The translations under genes and the position numbers were made by a program. Of a stretch of DNA of 64,000 nt, positions 21,729 through 34,103 are shown in pieces. The notes beneath the pieces were generated by a model. The model searched no databases. It saw only the letters and a program-made list of their open reading frames with translations, and had not been told where the DNA came from. Position 1 is the first letter of the stretch, and every line of letters begins with the position of its first letter. The DNA is from Azolla caroliniana (taxonomy: Eukaryota > Plantae > Polypodiophyta): assembly GCA_043228905.1 (NCBI GenBank), contig JBHGNT010000007.1:6572001-6636000 (forward strand), read 5' to 3'.

Positions 21729-24700
21729 TATTAGGATCTCGGTCCCTCCGGATGGGATATGAAGACCCGGTGAGAACCGGATGATGAAGACCCGGTGAGA
21801 ACCGGATGATGCAGACCCAGTGAGAACCGGATGACGAGTACCCGGCAAGGAAGACCCGGTGAGAACCGGATGTTGCAGGCCCGGTGAGAACCTCTCACTG
21901 GATGAATGGACATATATGTAGATATGTTTCTGAGAGCCCATTGGGGCTATATCTGTAAATAGTCCTAATGTCATATTAGTATAAATGTGACCTAGGGCAA
22001 ACAGTGTTGAGTGCATCATACTTGCTGTTATTATCTTTGTATAGTGTAATTGGTGGAACGACTGTACTGAGAGAGAGAGAGAGAGAGAGCGATACAGAGC
22101 ATGTCTCTGTTGTAACCGCCGCCAGGCGAAGATTGTGAGTAAGAGGTCGTTGCCTCTGTGCTCCCTGTTGTACTCTTTGACATAGTGATAGTTTGGAGTC
22201 TGTGGACTCCCGTGGTTTTTTCCCTCTCAGGGTTTTTCCACGTTAACATCCTGTGTATTCTCTTTCTGTTTGTGTACTTACCTCCATTCCCATTTCTTCT
22301 GTGTTTGATTGTCATCAAGTGATCTACGCTTCGGTTGTGGCCGGAGATTATTCCGCATATTTCTCGTCAAACTGGTATCAGAGCGAAACGACACAGAAAA
22401 ATGGATGATTCGTTGGGAGGCATGTTCAAGCTCACCAGCTCCAACTACTCAGTGTGGAAGTTGAAGATGAGGGACATGCTCGTGGTTAAAGATCTTTGGT
22501 TGCCGGTTCAGTTCGGGGACAAGAGACTGGACAAAATCGATGCCACGATATGGGAGGTAATGCACATGAAGACAACGGCATACACATGGTGCTTCATCGA
22601 CATGAGTCTATACAACAACTTCAATGAAGAGAGCAAGGCTCATGAGCTCTGGGAGAAGATCGACAAAAATGTTGTTAATCAGGTTTCGGTATTTCGGAAG
22701 CTAGTAAGACTCTGGTACCAAGATGGCTCCAGCATGGCGGAGCACATGAATGCCTTCCAGGGGCTGATCCACCAAGCAACATCATTGGAAGTACCTCTCG
22801 CCGATGAGGTACTAGCACTACTCCTGCTCGGTTCCCTCCTAGATAGGTGGGAGACGTTGGTTGTCACTTTGGGCAACACCGGGCCGGAAGGGAAATGGTT
22901 ATCCCTAGCAAGAGTGAAGTCGAGCTTGCTAGATGAGGAGGCGCGTCAGAAAGACAAGGATACGAGCTCCGACTCCAAAGCGCTCCTTACCAAATTGGAA
23001 CCCAAAAGACAAAGGAATCGTAGTCCCCAGAACCGGGAAAAGTCGGGGACATGGTCAAAGTTAAGGGGGAGGCCTACTTGCTTCTATTGCGGCAAGCCGG
23101 GACACTTCCAGATGAACTGTCGGCACTTCTGAAAAGACAAGGAAACCGACGGTACCAATTCGAAGCGGACACCGGACTAGAACGGTAAAGACCGGAGGGG
23201 ACCAAACCTTAAGGGAACGGCAACAATTGCGGCAAGTGAAGAACAGTTGATGCTCATCACCAAGGAGAGTGAGTTGAACCTTGCCGGCGACGAGACAACG
23301 TGGGTTGTCGATTCTGGAGCATCGTTCCACCTTACCCCGGACCAGAAATGCTTCTCATCCTACACAGACGGTGATCACAGTTGTGCCCGGATGGGGAATG
23401 AAGGTACATGCCGAATTGTCGGAATAGGAGACGTGTGGTTGACAACACCAACCGGATGCAAGCTGCTGCTAAAGGATGTCCGGCACGTTCCGGAGGTTCG
23501 ACTGAACCTGATATCAACTGGTCAGCTAGATGATGAAGGCTACACGAGTAGCATCCAGAACGGAGTCATGAAATTCAGCAAAGGGAGCCTAATAGTGGCT
23601 CGGGCCCGGAAGGTCAACACGTTGTACCTGATGAATGCCCGGTTATGCCCGGAAGAAGTGAATGTGGCTTCCGACACTACCGGTGAGCTGTGGCACAAGA
23701 GACTGTGTCACATGAGCGTGAAGGGGATGAAGAGGCTTGCCGATGACAACCTCATTCCGGTGAAGAACGTGCATCTTGAGAGGTGCACCGACTACCTAGC
23801 CAGTAAGCAAAACCGGACCTCCTTCCAATCAAGGCCACTGATGAGATGTAATGCACCATTGGAGTTGGTGCATACCGATGTGTGTCAAGTGGATACGAAG
23901 TTCCATGTTGGAGCACAATACTTCGTGACGTTCATAGATGACCACAGCAGGAGGCTGTGGGCCACACCGTTGAAGACGAAGGATCAGGTGTTATCCGTCT
24001 TCAAGGAGCTCCACGCAAGAGTGGAAAGAGAAACCGGACAGAAGTTGAAGGCGGTTCGAGCAAATAACGGAGGGGAATACCAGGGGCAGTTCAAGGAGTA
24101 CTACCGCTCGAAGGGAATCCGGCTCGAACTAAACAGGCTAACCGAGAGGATGAACTGGACCATAATGGAGAGAGTCCGGAGTATGCTAGTACATGCTAAA
24201 CTACCCAAGATGTTTTGGGCTGAGGCGTTGTCGACAACGACGTATGTGATAAACAGATCACCCTCAGTGCCCTTGGATGGAGACACGCCACAAAAGGTGT
24301 GGACCGGTAAGGAAGTGTCCTACCAGCATTTGAAGGTGTTCGGCTGTCTCGCGTACGTGCATTTTGCTAAGGACCGAAGAGGAAAGTTGGATTCAAAGAC
24401 CTGGCCATGCATATTCCTCGAATACGACGATCATGAGTTCGGCTATCGAGTGTGGGATCCGGTTGACAAGAAGGTTTTCCGGAGCCGAGATATTATCTTC
24501 ATGGAGGACAAGACTCTTGCCAACTTGGAGTCGGAGAAGAAGATAATGAACTCCGATGAGATTCGGACCCACCCGGCTAAGAGCCGGTTGACACTCGAGG
24601 AACCAGCCAGTTACGGTGAGGATACCGAACCGGCAGAAAAAGAAGTAGAGGAAGCTGAAACCGGAACCGGCCAAGACCCTGAATCGGATTCGGATGAAGA

Positions 24701-27021
24701 ACAAATAGAGGAGCCGGTTGCCGAAAGCCAAAGACGGAGATATCCTCTCAGAGAGAGAAGGGGGCCCCGGAGATTTCCGGATGCAAAGCATGTGCTGTTG
24801 ACCGATGAGGGGGAACCGGAAAGCTTCGAAGAAGCAAAGGATGACACCCATAGCCGCAAGTGGTTGAGTGTCATGCAGGATGAGATGGATGCCCTGCATG
24901 AGAACCACACGTATGAATTGGTGGAGTTGTCGAAAGGAAAGAGGGCACTCTGAAACAAGTGGGTGTACAAGTTGAAACCGGGAGATGTCGGCAACCCTCC
25001 AGGTAAAAAGCCAGGATCGTGGTGAAGGGGTTCCAACAGAAGAAAGGCGTGGACTTCGATGAGATTTTTGCCTCGGTAGTAAAGATGACTTCCATCCGGA
25101 CGGTGTTGAGCATAGCGGCAAGGATGGACCTCGAGGTAGAGCAATTAGACGTGAAGACGGCATTCCTCCACGGCGACCTCGAAGAGGAGATCTACATGTA
25201 GCAACCGGAGGGATTTGTGAAGAAAGGGAAGGAGCACCTGGTTTGCCGGTTAAAAAAGAGCCTCTACGGGTTGAAGCAGGCTCCCTGGCAATGGTACCGA
25301 AAGTTCGACTCCTTCATGACCGATCAAGGGTACCACAAGACGCAAGCCGATCACTGCGTATTTGTGAAGAAGTTCGAAGGTGGAGACTTCCAAATACTCC
25401 TCTTGTACGTGGACGACATGTTGATCGTCGGACGAGACCAAGTCAACATACGGATGCTGAAGAAGGCCCTGAACTGAACCTTCTAAATGAAAGACTTGGG
25501 TCCGGCAAGACAAATGTTGGGGATGCATATCATCCGGGACTAGCCAACGAAGCAATTGTGGCTGTCACAAGAGAAGTACATGACAAAGGTGCTTCAGCGG
25601 TTCAACATGTCAAATGCGAAACCGGTCAAATCGACACTTCCGGCAAACTGCAGGTTATCCGGTAAGCAAAGCCCGAAGATGAAGGCAGAGAAGGCAGATA
25701 TGATGAATATACTATATGCCTCTGTCGTCGGGAGCCTAATGTACGCAATGGTATGTACCCGACCGGATATCGGATATGCAGTTGGAGTGGTGAGCCGGTT
25801 TATGAGCAATCTCGGCAAGGAGCACTGGAATGCGGTAAAATGGATACTTTGATACTTGAAAGGCACCTCAAGTATGTGTCTCCAATTCGGCTCCATTAAA
25901 CCCCAACTTGACAGTTTCACCGGTTCGGATATGTTAGTTGATGCGGATACCAGCCGGTCAACATCCGGATATGTCATTACATATGGGGGGGGGGGAGCTG
26001 TTTCATGGCAATCGAGGTTGTAGAAGACGGTTGCGTTGTAAACCACAGAAGCGGAGTACATGGTGGTTGTGGAAGCCAGCAAGGAAATACTATGGATGAA
26101 GGACTTCATCGAAGAGCTAGGGATCCGGCAAGAGGAATACTGGCTCTATTGAGACAGTTAAAGTGCCATCCACCTTGCGAAGAACGCAGTGTATCATTCC
26201 AGGACGAAGCACATCCAGCAGAGGTACCACTGGATTCGGGAGCGAGTAGAAGACCGAGAGTTCGTGCTGACGAAGATCCACACAGAGGAGAACGAGTTGG
26301 ATATGCTAACCAAGGTGCTAACGCCCTACAAGCTAGAAGCATGCAGGAAGTGGATCGGATTGACGAGGCATCCCATGCTAGAGTGAAGGGGGAGTTTGTT
26401 AGGATCTCAGTCCCTCCGGATGGAATACGAAGACCCAACAACAGAAGACCCGGTGAGAATCGGATGTGGAGTACCCAGAACCGGATGATGCAGACCCGGT
26501 GAGAACCGGATGACAAGTACCCGGCAAGGAAGACCCGGTGAGAACCAGATGTTGCAAGCCCGGTGAGAACCTCTCACCGGATGAAGGGACATATATGTAG
26601 ATATGTTTCTGAGAGCCCATTGGGGCTATATTTATAAATAGTCCTAATGTCATATTAGTATAAATGTGACCTAGGGCAAACAATGTTATTATCTTTGTAT
26701 AGTGTAATTGGTGGAACGACTGTACTGAGAGAGAGAGAGAGCGATACAGAGCATGTCTCTGTTGTAACCGCCACAAGGCGAAGATTGTGAGTAAGAGGTC
26801 GTTGCCTCTGTGCTCCATGTTGTACTCTTTGACATAGTGATAGTTTGGAGTCTGTGGACTCCCGTGGTTTTTTCCCTCTCAGGGTTTTTCCACGTTAACA
26901 TCCTGTGTATTCTCTTTATGTTTGTGTACTTACCTCCATTCCCATTTCTTCTGTGTTTGATTGTCATCAAGTGATCTACGCTTCGGTTGTGGCCGGAGAT
27001 TATTCCGCATATTTCTTGTCA
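21729..27021 (+). mobile_element. Full-length copia family A element (Tnt1/Tork-like), disrupted ORF
   Basis: TSD gaatc at 21724-21728 and 27022-27026. 5' LTR 21729-22369, PBS(iMet) 22373-22384, gag ATG 22401, CFYCGKPGHFQMNC, WVVDSGASFH, integrase, RT YVDDML, RNase H, PPT 26385-26394 and 3' LTR 26397-27021. Several stops and frameshifts. Confidence 0.95.
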
Positions 27022-28500
27022 GAATCTTCTTCACGTCATACGAAGAAGCATCAACATTAGTCGACTCTCGGCCACATGGCATCTGGCAATGGAGTCAGAG
27101 ATGAATTGCATCCTGCAAAACAAGACTTGGGACCTTGTCAAACTATCGAAAAATCAATGTGCTCTTCCATGCAAGTGGGTCTATCGACTAAAAGAGACAT
27201 TTGATTCAGCCACTCCAAAGGTCAAGGCCAAGTTAGTAGCAAAAGGGTTTCAACGGGAATATGGCGTCGACTTCGACAAAATCTTTTCACCAATGGTGAA
27301 AATGACAACCCTACGCTTTATGGTCGGGGTCATGGCAGCCAAGAATTTGGAGTTGATTCAGTTAGATGTAAAAACAACATTCCTCCAGGTGGTAAAGGAG
27401 GAAATTGATATGGAGCATCTGAAAGGCTTTGTGGTATTTGGCCAGCAACATCTACTTTGCCAACTCAGGAAGAGTCTATATGGCCTGAAGTAAGCACGTA
27501 AGCAGTGGTACAAGAAGTTTGACGACTTCATCCAATTGGTCGACTTCTCCAAGAGTGATGAGGACCATTGCCTCTTCACCAAAATAGCTCAAGGTGGGTC
27601 AATCATCTTCCTCATCATTTATGTGGACGACATGCTACTCTCCGGCCAACATGCCGAAGAGCTAATCGAACTTATTCGGCAACTGCGGTTGGAGTTTACC
27701 ATGAAGGATCTCAGTCGGGCAAGACACATTCTGGGGATGAAGATAAGTCAGATTCAGAGTCGAAGACAGTTGTTCCTGTCTCAAGCCGACTATATTGGAC
27801 GTAGTCTTCATGCAATCGGCCAGGTTTGCTGCTCCCCATTAATCTTTTTTTGTCTCAACAAAACTGCCCAACATCTAGTCTGGAGGGGGAAGATATGAAG
27901 TCGATACCATATGCACCGACAATCGACTCCCTAATGTATGTGATGGTCACGACAATGCTTGACATTGCTCATGTCGTAAGAGTCGTCAACTTATTTATGC
28001 ACAATCTGGGATGATCGCATTAGAACACAGTAAAGCATGTGTTATGATATCTAGTGGGCACAAAAGACTGTGGAATCTTGTTCTGCCCGAACGATACTTT
28101 AGGCGTAGTAGGTTATACCAACTCGGACTTTGCCAATTGTGTGGACAATCGAAAATCGACAATCGGATACTACTATAAGTTTGGCAATGGAGCAATCTCA
28201 TGGAAGTCGAAACTCCAGGAGTGCACTGCCACATCAACGACAAAGGCTGACTACATAGCCGCGTCCGATGCGGCGAAAGAGGCCTTATGGCTCGGTCGGG
28301 TGGCTCGCATGTTTCGACAAGTCGGCTCCAGTTATCACTTCGTTCGAGCCTGCATCATTTTAGGGAAAATCAGCCTCAAGAAGTTACCTACAGACAATAA
28401 TGTCGTAGATGGGATGATTAAGTGTCTTCCAGTAGATTGATTATGATCCATTCGACACCAAATGGCATAATAAAGAATCAGTCTGATTGAGTCGGACATT
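27022..28500 (+). mobile_element. Copia C RT/RNase H (degenerate)
   Basis: NKTWDLV..PCKWVY, QLDVKTTF, IYVDDMLL, ISWKSKLQ. A possible 3' LTR at ~28700-28975 could not be confirmed. Confidence 0.85.
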
Positions 28501-28989
28501 TAGGATGGTTTCAGACAATTAGCATAGACAGTTTGAGATTCGGCTTCAGTTCTTCCAACCCCGGCCGACCTAGCCTTCTGTTCCCGGATTTTGCTAATTC
28601 AAACAAAGTTGATTTGTCCGACAACCTTGTATAAATCTGTAACTTTGTTTACTCTCTTTTATTACAAATTTTTTGTTGTATACACCCATTACATGGGAGT
28701 GTCGAATACAAGAAATAATGGACATATTCACATTGTCCTATTGGACATACTGGGTTTTCGTCTATTTATGTAAATAGTGGAAAGGGCAGTTGCCCTAAGT
28801 CAGTTTGTATTTAAACTAACTCTTGTAACCTAGTTTTGTGGTTGTTCATTTTGTATATTGTATTGTAACTTTGAGAATAATATAGTTACATCTTGTTGTG
28901 CCTGACTCTTTCTCTTCTCCAAACACTCTTTGTGGTTCGTTTCCAGGAGATTTGGATGTTGATTGCAGGCTTCACCCTTTGGTATGACA

Positions 28990-29300
28990 CGTGGAAAGCA
29001 CATTGCCTAAAGGTCATCCAAGATATAGTATGCCCCCCCAAAGGAAATGATCATGGATATTAGGTTCACAATTATCAACTGCCTACGAGAGCAGTTGGAC
29101 GAGGTTTGTCGCCACTCCGACGACATGGTCACTGCCCACTTACGCTTTTGGCAGAAATGGAGGAACACACTGATAGTGACGCAAGGAGGAAACAACCCGA
29201 GGTGGAACTACCAGCCCCCACGTAGGTTGTTTCCTACTCACCTTCTACCCTCTCTTCGTTGAAGGCCAGAGGATCGGGCTCATGTTGGCCGACGATGATT
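28990..29300 (+). mobile_element. Possible LINE 3'-terminal fragment
   Basis: Peptide ..RFWQKW..PRWNYQPPRRLFP resembles LINE ORF2 C-termini. This is a resemblance only. Confidence 0.3.
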
Positions 29301-29599
29301 GCCACTAGTTTATAGCTCTACATACCTACTTACATTAAGTATAAAGTAAGAGAGGATATGTATGTAGTCTCATATTCTTGTGTATAGTCTTTCTGTAAAA
29401 AATCAGCTCATTTTGTGGGAAAAAAAGCAACAATGTGTATAACATTATGTGTGAGGATAATAATTGTTAGTAGCATAAATTTTTCCATGCTTTTCATGAA
29501 TCACATGCTAGATACAAATAGTAAGCCTAAAAGTGAATGGACAAACGCATATAGATCCACAACTCTTTGTGATAATATTTTATTTTCACACAATTATTT

Positions 29600-32400
29600 G
29601 ATTCAAACAACAATATTCATAATAATCTTATACATGCTTGTGGTATTTTTTTGACTGCAGTGAGAGGATGTGTCTCAAGAAATAGTAGAAATTCTTGAAA
29701 CAAATTTTATAGAAAAGGTGTTGGAGAGAGTTGTGTTGCATTTTTGAAACGATAAGAGATCTCATTACGATGGACATATGAATGAGTTTTTTTTCTTTTT
29801 TAAGAAGACATATGAATGAGTTTTTAATGCGTACAAGAGTTGAAAGGATCAATCACAATTATATTTCGACAAGTTTGGAATTCAGGACACGTGCCACAAT
29901 AATGGAAGATTGGTTTTGATAAAGTTGATGCTTAAGGTTCTTTGTTCATCATCTTTTAATCAATGGTGATCTATTTCTTTAATGGTGGGAGTATATAACA
30001 ATTTTATGGTGTTGGAAATCACAAGCCTAACCATTTCACGTTAGACGAAAAGTGCTCTAATCAATCATGGTTCCTATGATATCATATTATTTACCATTGT
30101 TGCCATAGTTTAAAAAGGCTATTGAGCAATTATCAACCTAAATGTGGTTCACATCATGGAAGGGGAAAGAAAGATCATGCCTTATATAGGGTGGTCTTGA
30201 GTCATTTTGTACTCCAAAGAGACTTGGTGGGTTGGCAATTTTAAATCTATTTGAATATATGGTAGCTTGAATATTCTCTTTTCTTAAGGCTATGTTTTGA
30301 GGGATAACCACCATGGACATAAATTGTTGCTTACTTTATTGAGAAAGAGTATATCAAACATGGAAATATAAAGATTGCAATTTGCACTCTCTTGCAGCAA
30401 TGGGCACAGTTTTGGCTCAAACGAAACCAAATAGTTAAGCCATGGCTTAACGGTTTATTGGTTCAAAGATAAATAAACCGTTTGGTTTGGTTTCAAATAT
30501 TATGATCCAGTTTGGTTTCGGTTCGGTTCGGTTCGGTTTTGAATTTCATGGTTTAACGGTTTAACGGCTTATCGGTTTATCGATTTGGCTTTGAATTTCA
30601 CGGTTTAGCGGTTTCGGCTTATGTGGTTTGGTTTAAAGGTTTAAAGGTTTAAAAGTTTTGAAGCTTTAAAGGTTTATAGGTTTGGTTTTGATTTAAGATA
30701 AACCGATTTGGTTTGGTTTTAAATTTTTCATAAACGGTTTGGTTTAAATGGCTTCATAAAATTTAAACTGTTTGGTTTGGTTTGGTTTCAAGGCCAAGAA
30801 ACCGAACCGAACCGCGGCCATTGCTACTCTCTTGGTGGCATGTGATCAATAGTGATAGACAAATTAAATGTACAAGGCCAATTAAAATTTAACATTTATT
30901 GGCCTCTTAGCAAAGTGTCTTGGATTTTTTAGAGTGGGATCCATCGCTTGAAAGAGAAAATACAATATATTTGCAATTGAATGTCCCGACAACATATCGT
31001 CTTTTAGGATCGGAGAGTGAGCCATCCCTTCTACCCTAGTTTAATCGTGTGGCATGCTTGGGATTGGTTAATGTACATGATGCCATGTTGGGAATCCAAA
31101 TAAAAATAATGGTTTCTCAAACATCTAGAAGAAGGTTTTATATTCCTAAAAATTGCCATGGTCTATGGTCTTAATTGGTAAATGTCAACTTTGCAATATC
31201 CAATTCCAAATTTGACTAAAGTTGCACACAAGGTAGACTAGCGATTTGCAAGTCACAAAAGTCTTGCCAAAGTAAAAAAGAAAAAACTATTATATCATAA
31301 ACTAATTGATAGGTAACTTGGATTGTAGAACAGTTCAACCTCAAAGAGACGGTGACTAGGGTCACATACATGCTTCTTTTGTACCATTTCGTTGGATGAT
31401 AGTACACATAGGTTCATTAAATGTCCTATAGAGCATATCTATTGGACGTACTTATCGGATATTTGACAAGTTTTAACCCATTGTTATTTGAGGCCTCAAC
31501 AATGGTTTTTTTCTTGATATGGTCCAAATGACGAGCTGGATATATTATTCCAATTTTTACAATATTGGTGATTGTAACACGGTTGGAATATGTGTAAATC
31601 TTTCATGTTTGATAGCAGACATGCAGTGAAAGCCTATTTGAAGAAGTTGAAAGGCATTCTTTTGTGAATTTTTCGAATGTTAGAGCATGCAAGGATCATT
31701 TCTTCAAGTGCATATTCAAGTTTTCTAATGGCTTTACAATATGTCTCTTTCCCTACATACGTAGGTAAAGGAGACTACGAAGTTGTAACAAGTGGATTTT
31801 ACATACAATTAATGTAATTGCGTGCTTTTACCAGAGAGTAACAAGTGGATTTTGCATACAATTAATATAAGCATGTGCTTTTACCAGAGAGAGAGAGAGG
31901 AGTACATAACGAACATATGTTGGTGGGTGGGTTGCCTTTTGAAGTGGCAATATTTCAAATGGCTTCTTTTGTACTGCGATGGAGTATACTTGTCGCCATA
32001 AGTTTTTATGTTGCTCAATGGCAAGACAGATATGGTCTCTATTATACATGATGTGGTGTTCAATTATCTCGGTAATCATGCATCCATGTGATTGAGCTTT
32101 TGGCAAACCAAAAGTAGAAAGCTTTGTGCATCCACATTTTCTATGCTTGTTTTCTATGTTGAAGGCCATTGCCATAATAAGACTATCTAGAGTGCATTTT
32201 TTACTCCCATTTTCAAGTGCACAATCATACGTTTGTTCAAGAGGTCTTCTTCATTGGTAGTCCAACACCATAGCTTTGGACATCTTATTTACCAAGGATG
32301 ACTTGGAATCTCTTCAATTTCTTTTATTAGGCATGTTGTCCTTTTGTTACTCTTTTTGAATGATATATTAATTAGTACAAAATAACCCATCAAATGAAAA
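29600..32400 (-). mobile_element. Possible highly decayed Mutator/MULE transposase remnant
   Basis: FAR1-like RKCGC..ITEIIEHH (~32050-32150) and SWIM-like CFKNF..RHILS (~29660-29710) in the expected order on the minus strand. Heavily degraded. Confidence 0.35.
30395..30826. mobile_element. Non-autonomous hAT-type element (MITE)
   Basis: 8-bp TSD ctctcttg (30387-30394 and 30827-30834), TIRs cagcaatgg/ccattgcta, and dense aaaccg/cggttt/ggttc subterminal repeats. Confidence 0.9.
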
Positions 32401-34103
32401 AAGCACATAAATGAAGGGAGTAAAAGCCACGTGTTGTGCAATCAAGAGGCTAGTTGATGAGGGTATTTATTGAGGCATTTTTCTAGTTGGGTTGCTTTTC
32501 ACCCAATTTCTAAATTTAGGGATAAACTCTTTTTTCTTAGGCTTTATACTCCTTTCATACCCTAACTTGTATGGAGCCTTACAATGAGCCTCAAATGCAT
32601 TGAAATTTGTTATTATGTATATAGTTACATCAAAGCACAATGCAATGCATTGCCTTCTCAATGTGTACTTCTTGAATTGGAGATGCAACACCTCCAACTA
32701 CTTTGTGCAAATTGAAAATTCATAAGCACCAATATGAACCAACTGATGAAATCTAAAAAGAGAAAACATTACACGGTGTAATTTTTATTTTCTTAATTAG
32801 GTAGAAACACACACTAAATTTAGGCATCACAATAAACTTTTCAAAGTATGTTTCTAAAACCAATAGATTGCCTTTATGAAAGAGATAAAATTAAAGGTTC
32901 ACTAGCTTCAATTCCAAACTCTAAGAAGCAAGAGGCTAATAATAATCCAAACTACATGAGGACGGCTTCGCTTATGCAACATAACAAACCCAAATCAATG
33001 CACCAATAAACTATGTGCAAGCCAAGAATCATAGAGAACATAGGGAAGCAAAATCAATGTATATGTGGATATATATGTGAATGATGTCAAGATGCAACAA
33101 CGAGAACTATGTTCAAACAACCCATAAGAGTGTCAAGCTATACATGAGGCAAAAAAAAAGGATCAAAGTTGAATTTGACTTCTTGTGACTAACAACGAGA
33201 CAAACAAAGCAAACCTCGATTGATCCACCTGTAGAAAAACATGCATAAATGAGGTGATGGGCAAAACAAAAAAACCGTGTTGAGATAGACAAGAAAATGT
33301 GTGTATTTGAACACAAAGCGAAATGTGCGACTCCAAGGTGCGTGGAGTGTGGCGGAGCAGGGGCAAGGCAAGTGGAGGAAAAGCTGTTCAACTTCTAATT
33401 GTGCTTCCCACCTCGAACCTCTTCCTCCCTATTTGGCGGGCAAGCGCTCCACTTATATAGAGGTCCAAATGGGCAGTTACAAAATGCATGCATGGCGGCG
33501 CCTAACCGTTACAGATGAAAGCTTAATCTGTTGTATGGTCAAATAATCCATAATTGCATTCTTGGCTTGCTGGCATGGTGGTTTACAATTGTGCGATCAA
33601 AAAAGTCATAACCATTTGAGAGGATGAAAGTTCAAGACTTGGGATGGGCGGTTAGGTTAGGCTACTGTCGACGATCTCAAAGATCACAATTGGTCTCGTC
33701 TCTTGTGTGGACATAAGAAAAGAGATATATATATATATATATTGATCCATCGGTCCCCCAATGGAGTATGGATTTATTATATATATGTATGTACATAAAT
33801 GAATGGGTCTTAAGAGGAGTCCTAACAATCTTAATGAGTGACTCATATGAGAGAGGAGCAAATCCAATACCAATACATACATTTTATACATACATACATA
33901 TACATATACACATGTACATGTTCTCTTTTTATATCTCCTTTGTTTTCTCTGGCTTTTACTTTTTCCTCTGTTTCTGGGTTTGGTTTTCCATTTCTTTTCA
34001 TTTTCTTTTCTTCTGATTCCTTTGGTTTTTCGTTCTTCCTTTTCTTTCTCATCTTCCTGTTCTTCTTCTTCTTCGCCTCTCTGTTTCTTTTCTTCTTCCG
34101 GCG

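Noticed and set aside
21755-21905. CRISPR-like array of ~24-32-bp repeats (also 26430-26585 and 61555-61750)
   Set aside because: There are no unique spacers and no cas genes. The arrays sit inside LTRs in a eukaryotic intron-containing context.
24393-26516. Long antisense ORFs over copia pol (also 63488-64000 and 60573-61334)
   Set aside because: They are shadow ORFs of GC-balanced retrotransposon coding sequence with no recognisable domains.
33432-33439. E2F-like site tttggcgg upstream of the SNF2 gene
   Set aside because: A single 8-mer about 670 bp from the ATG cannot be distinguished from chance.
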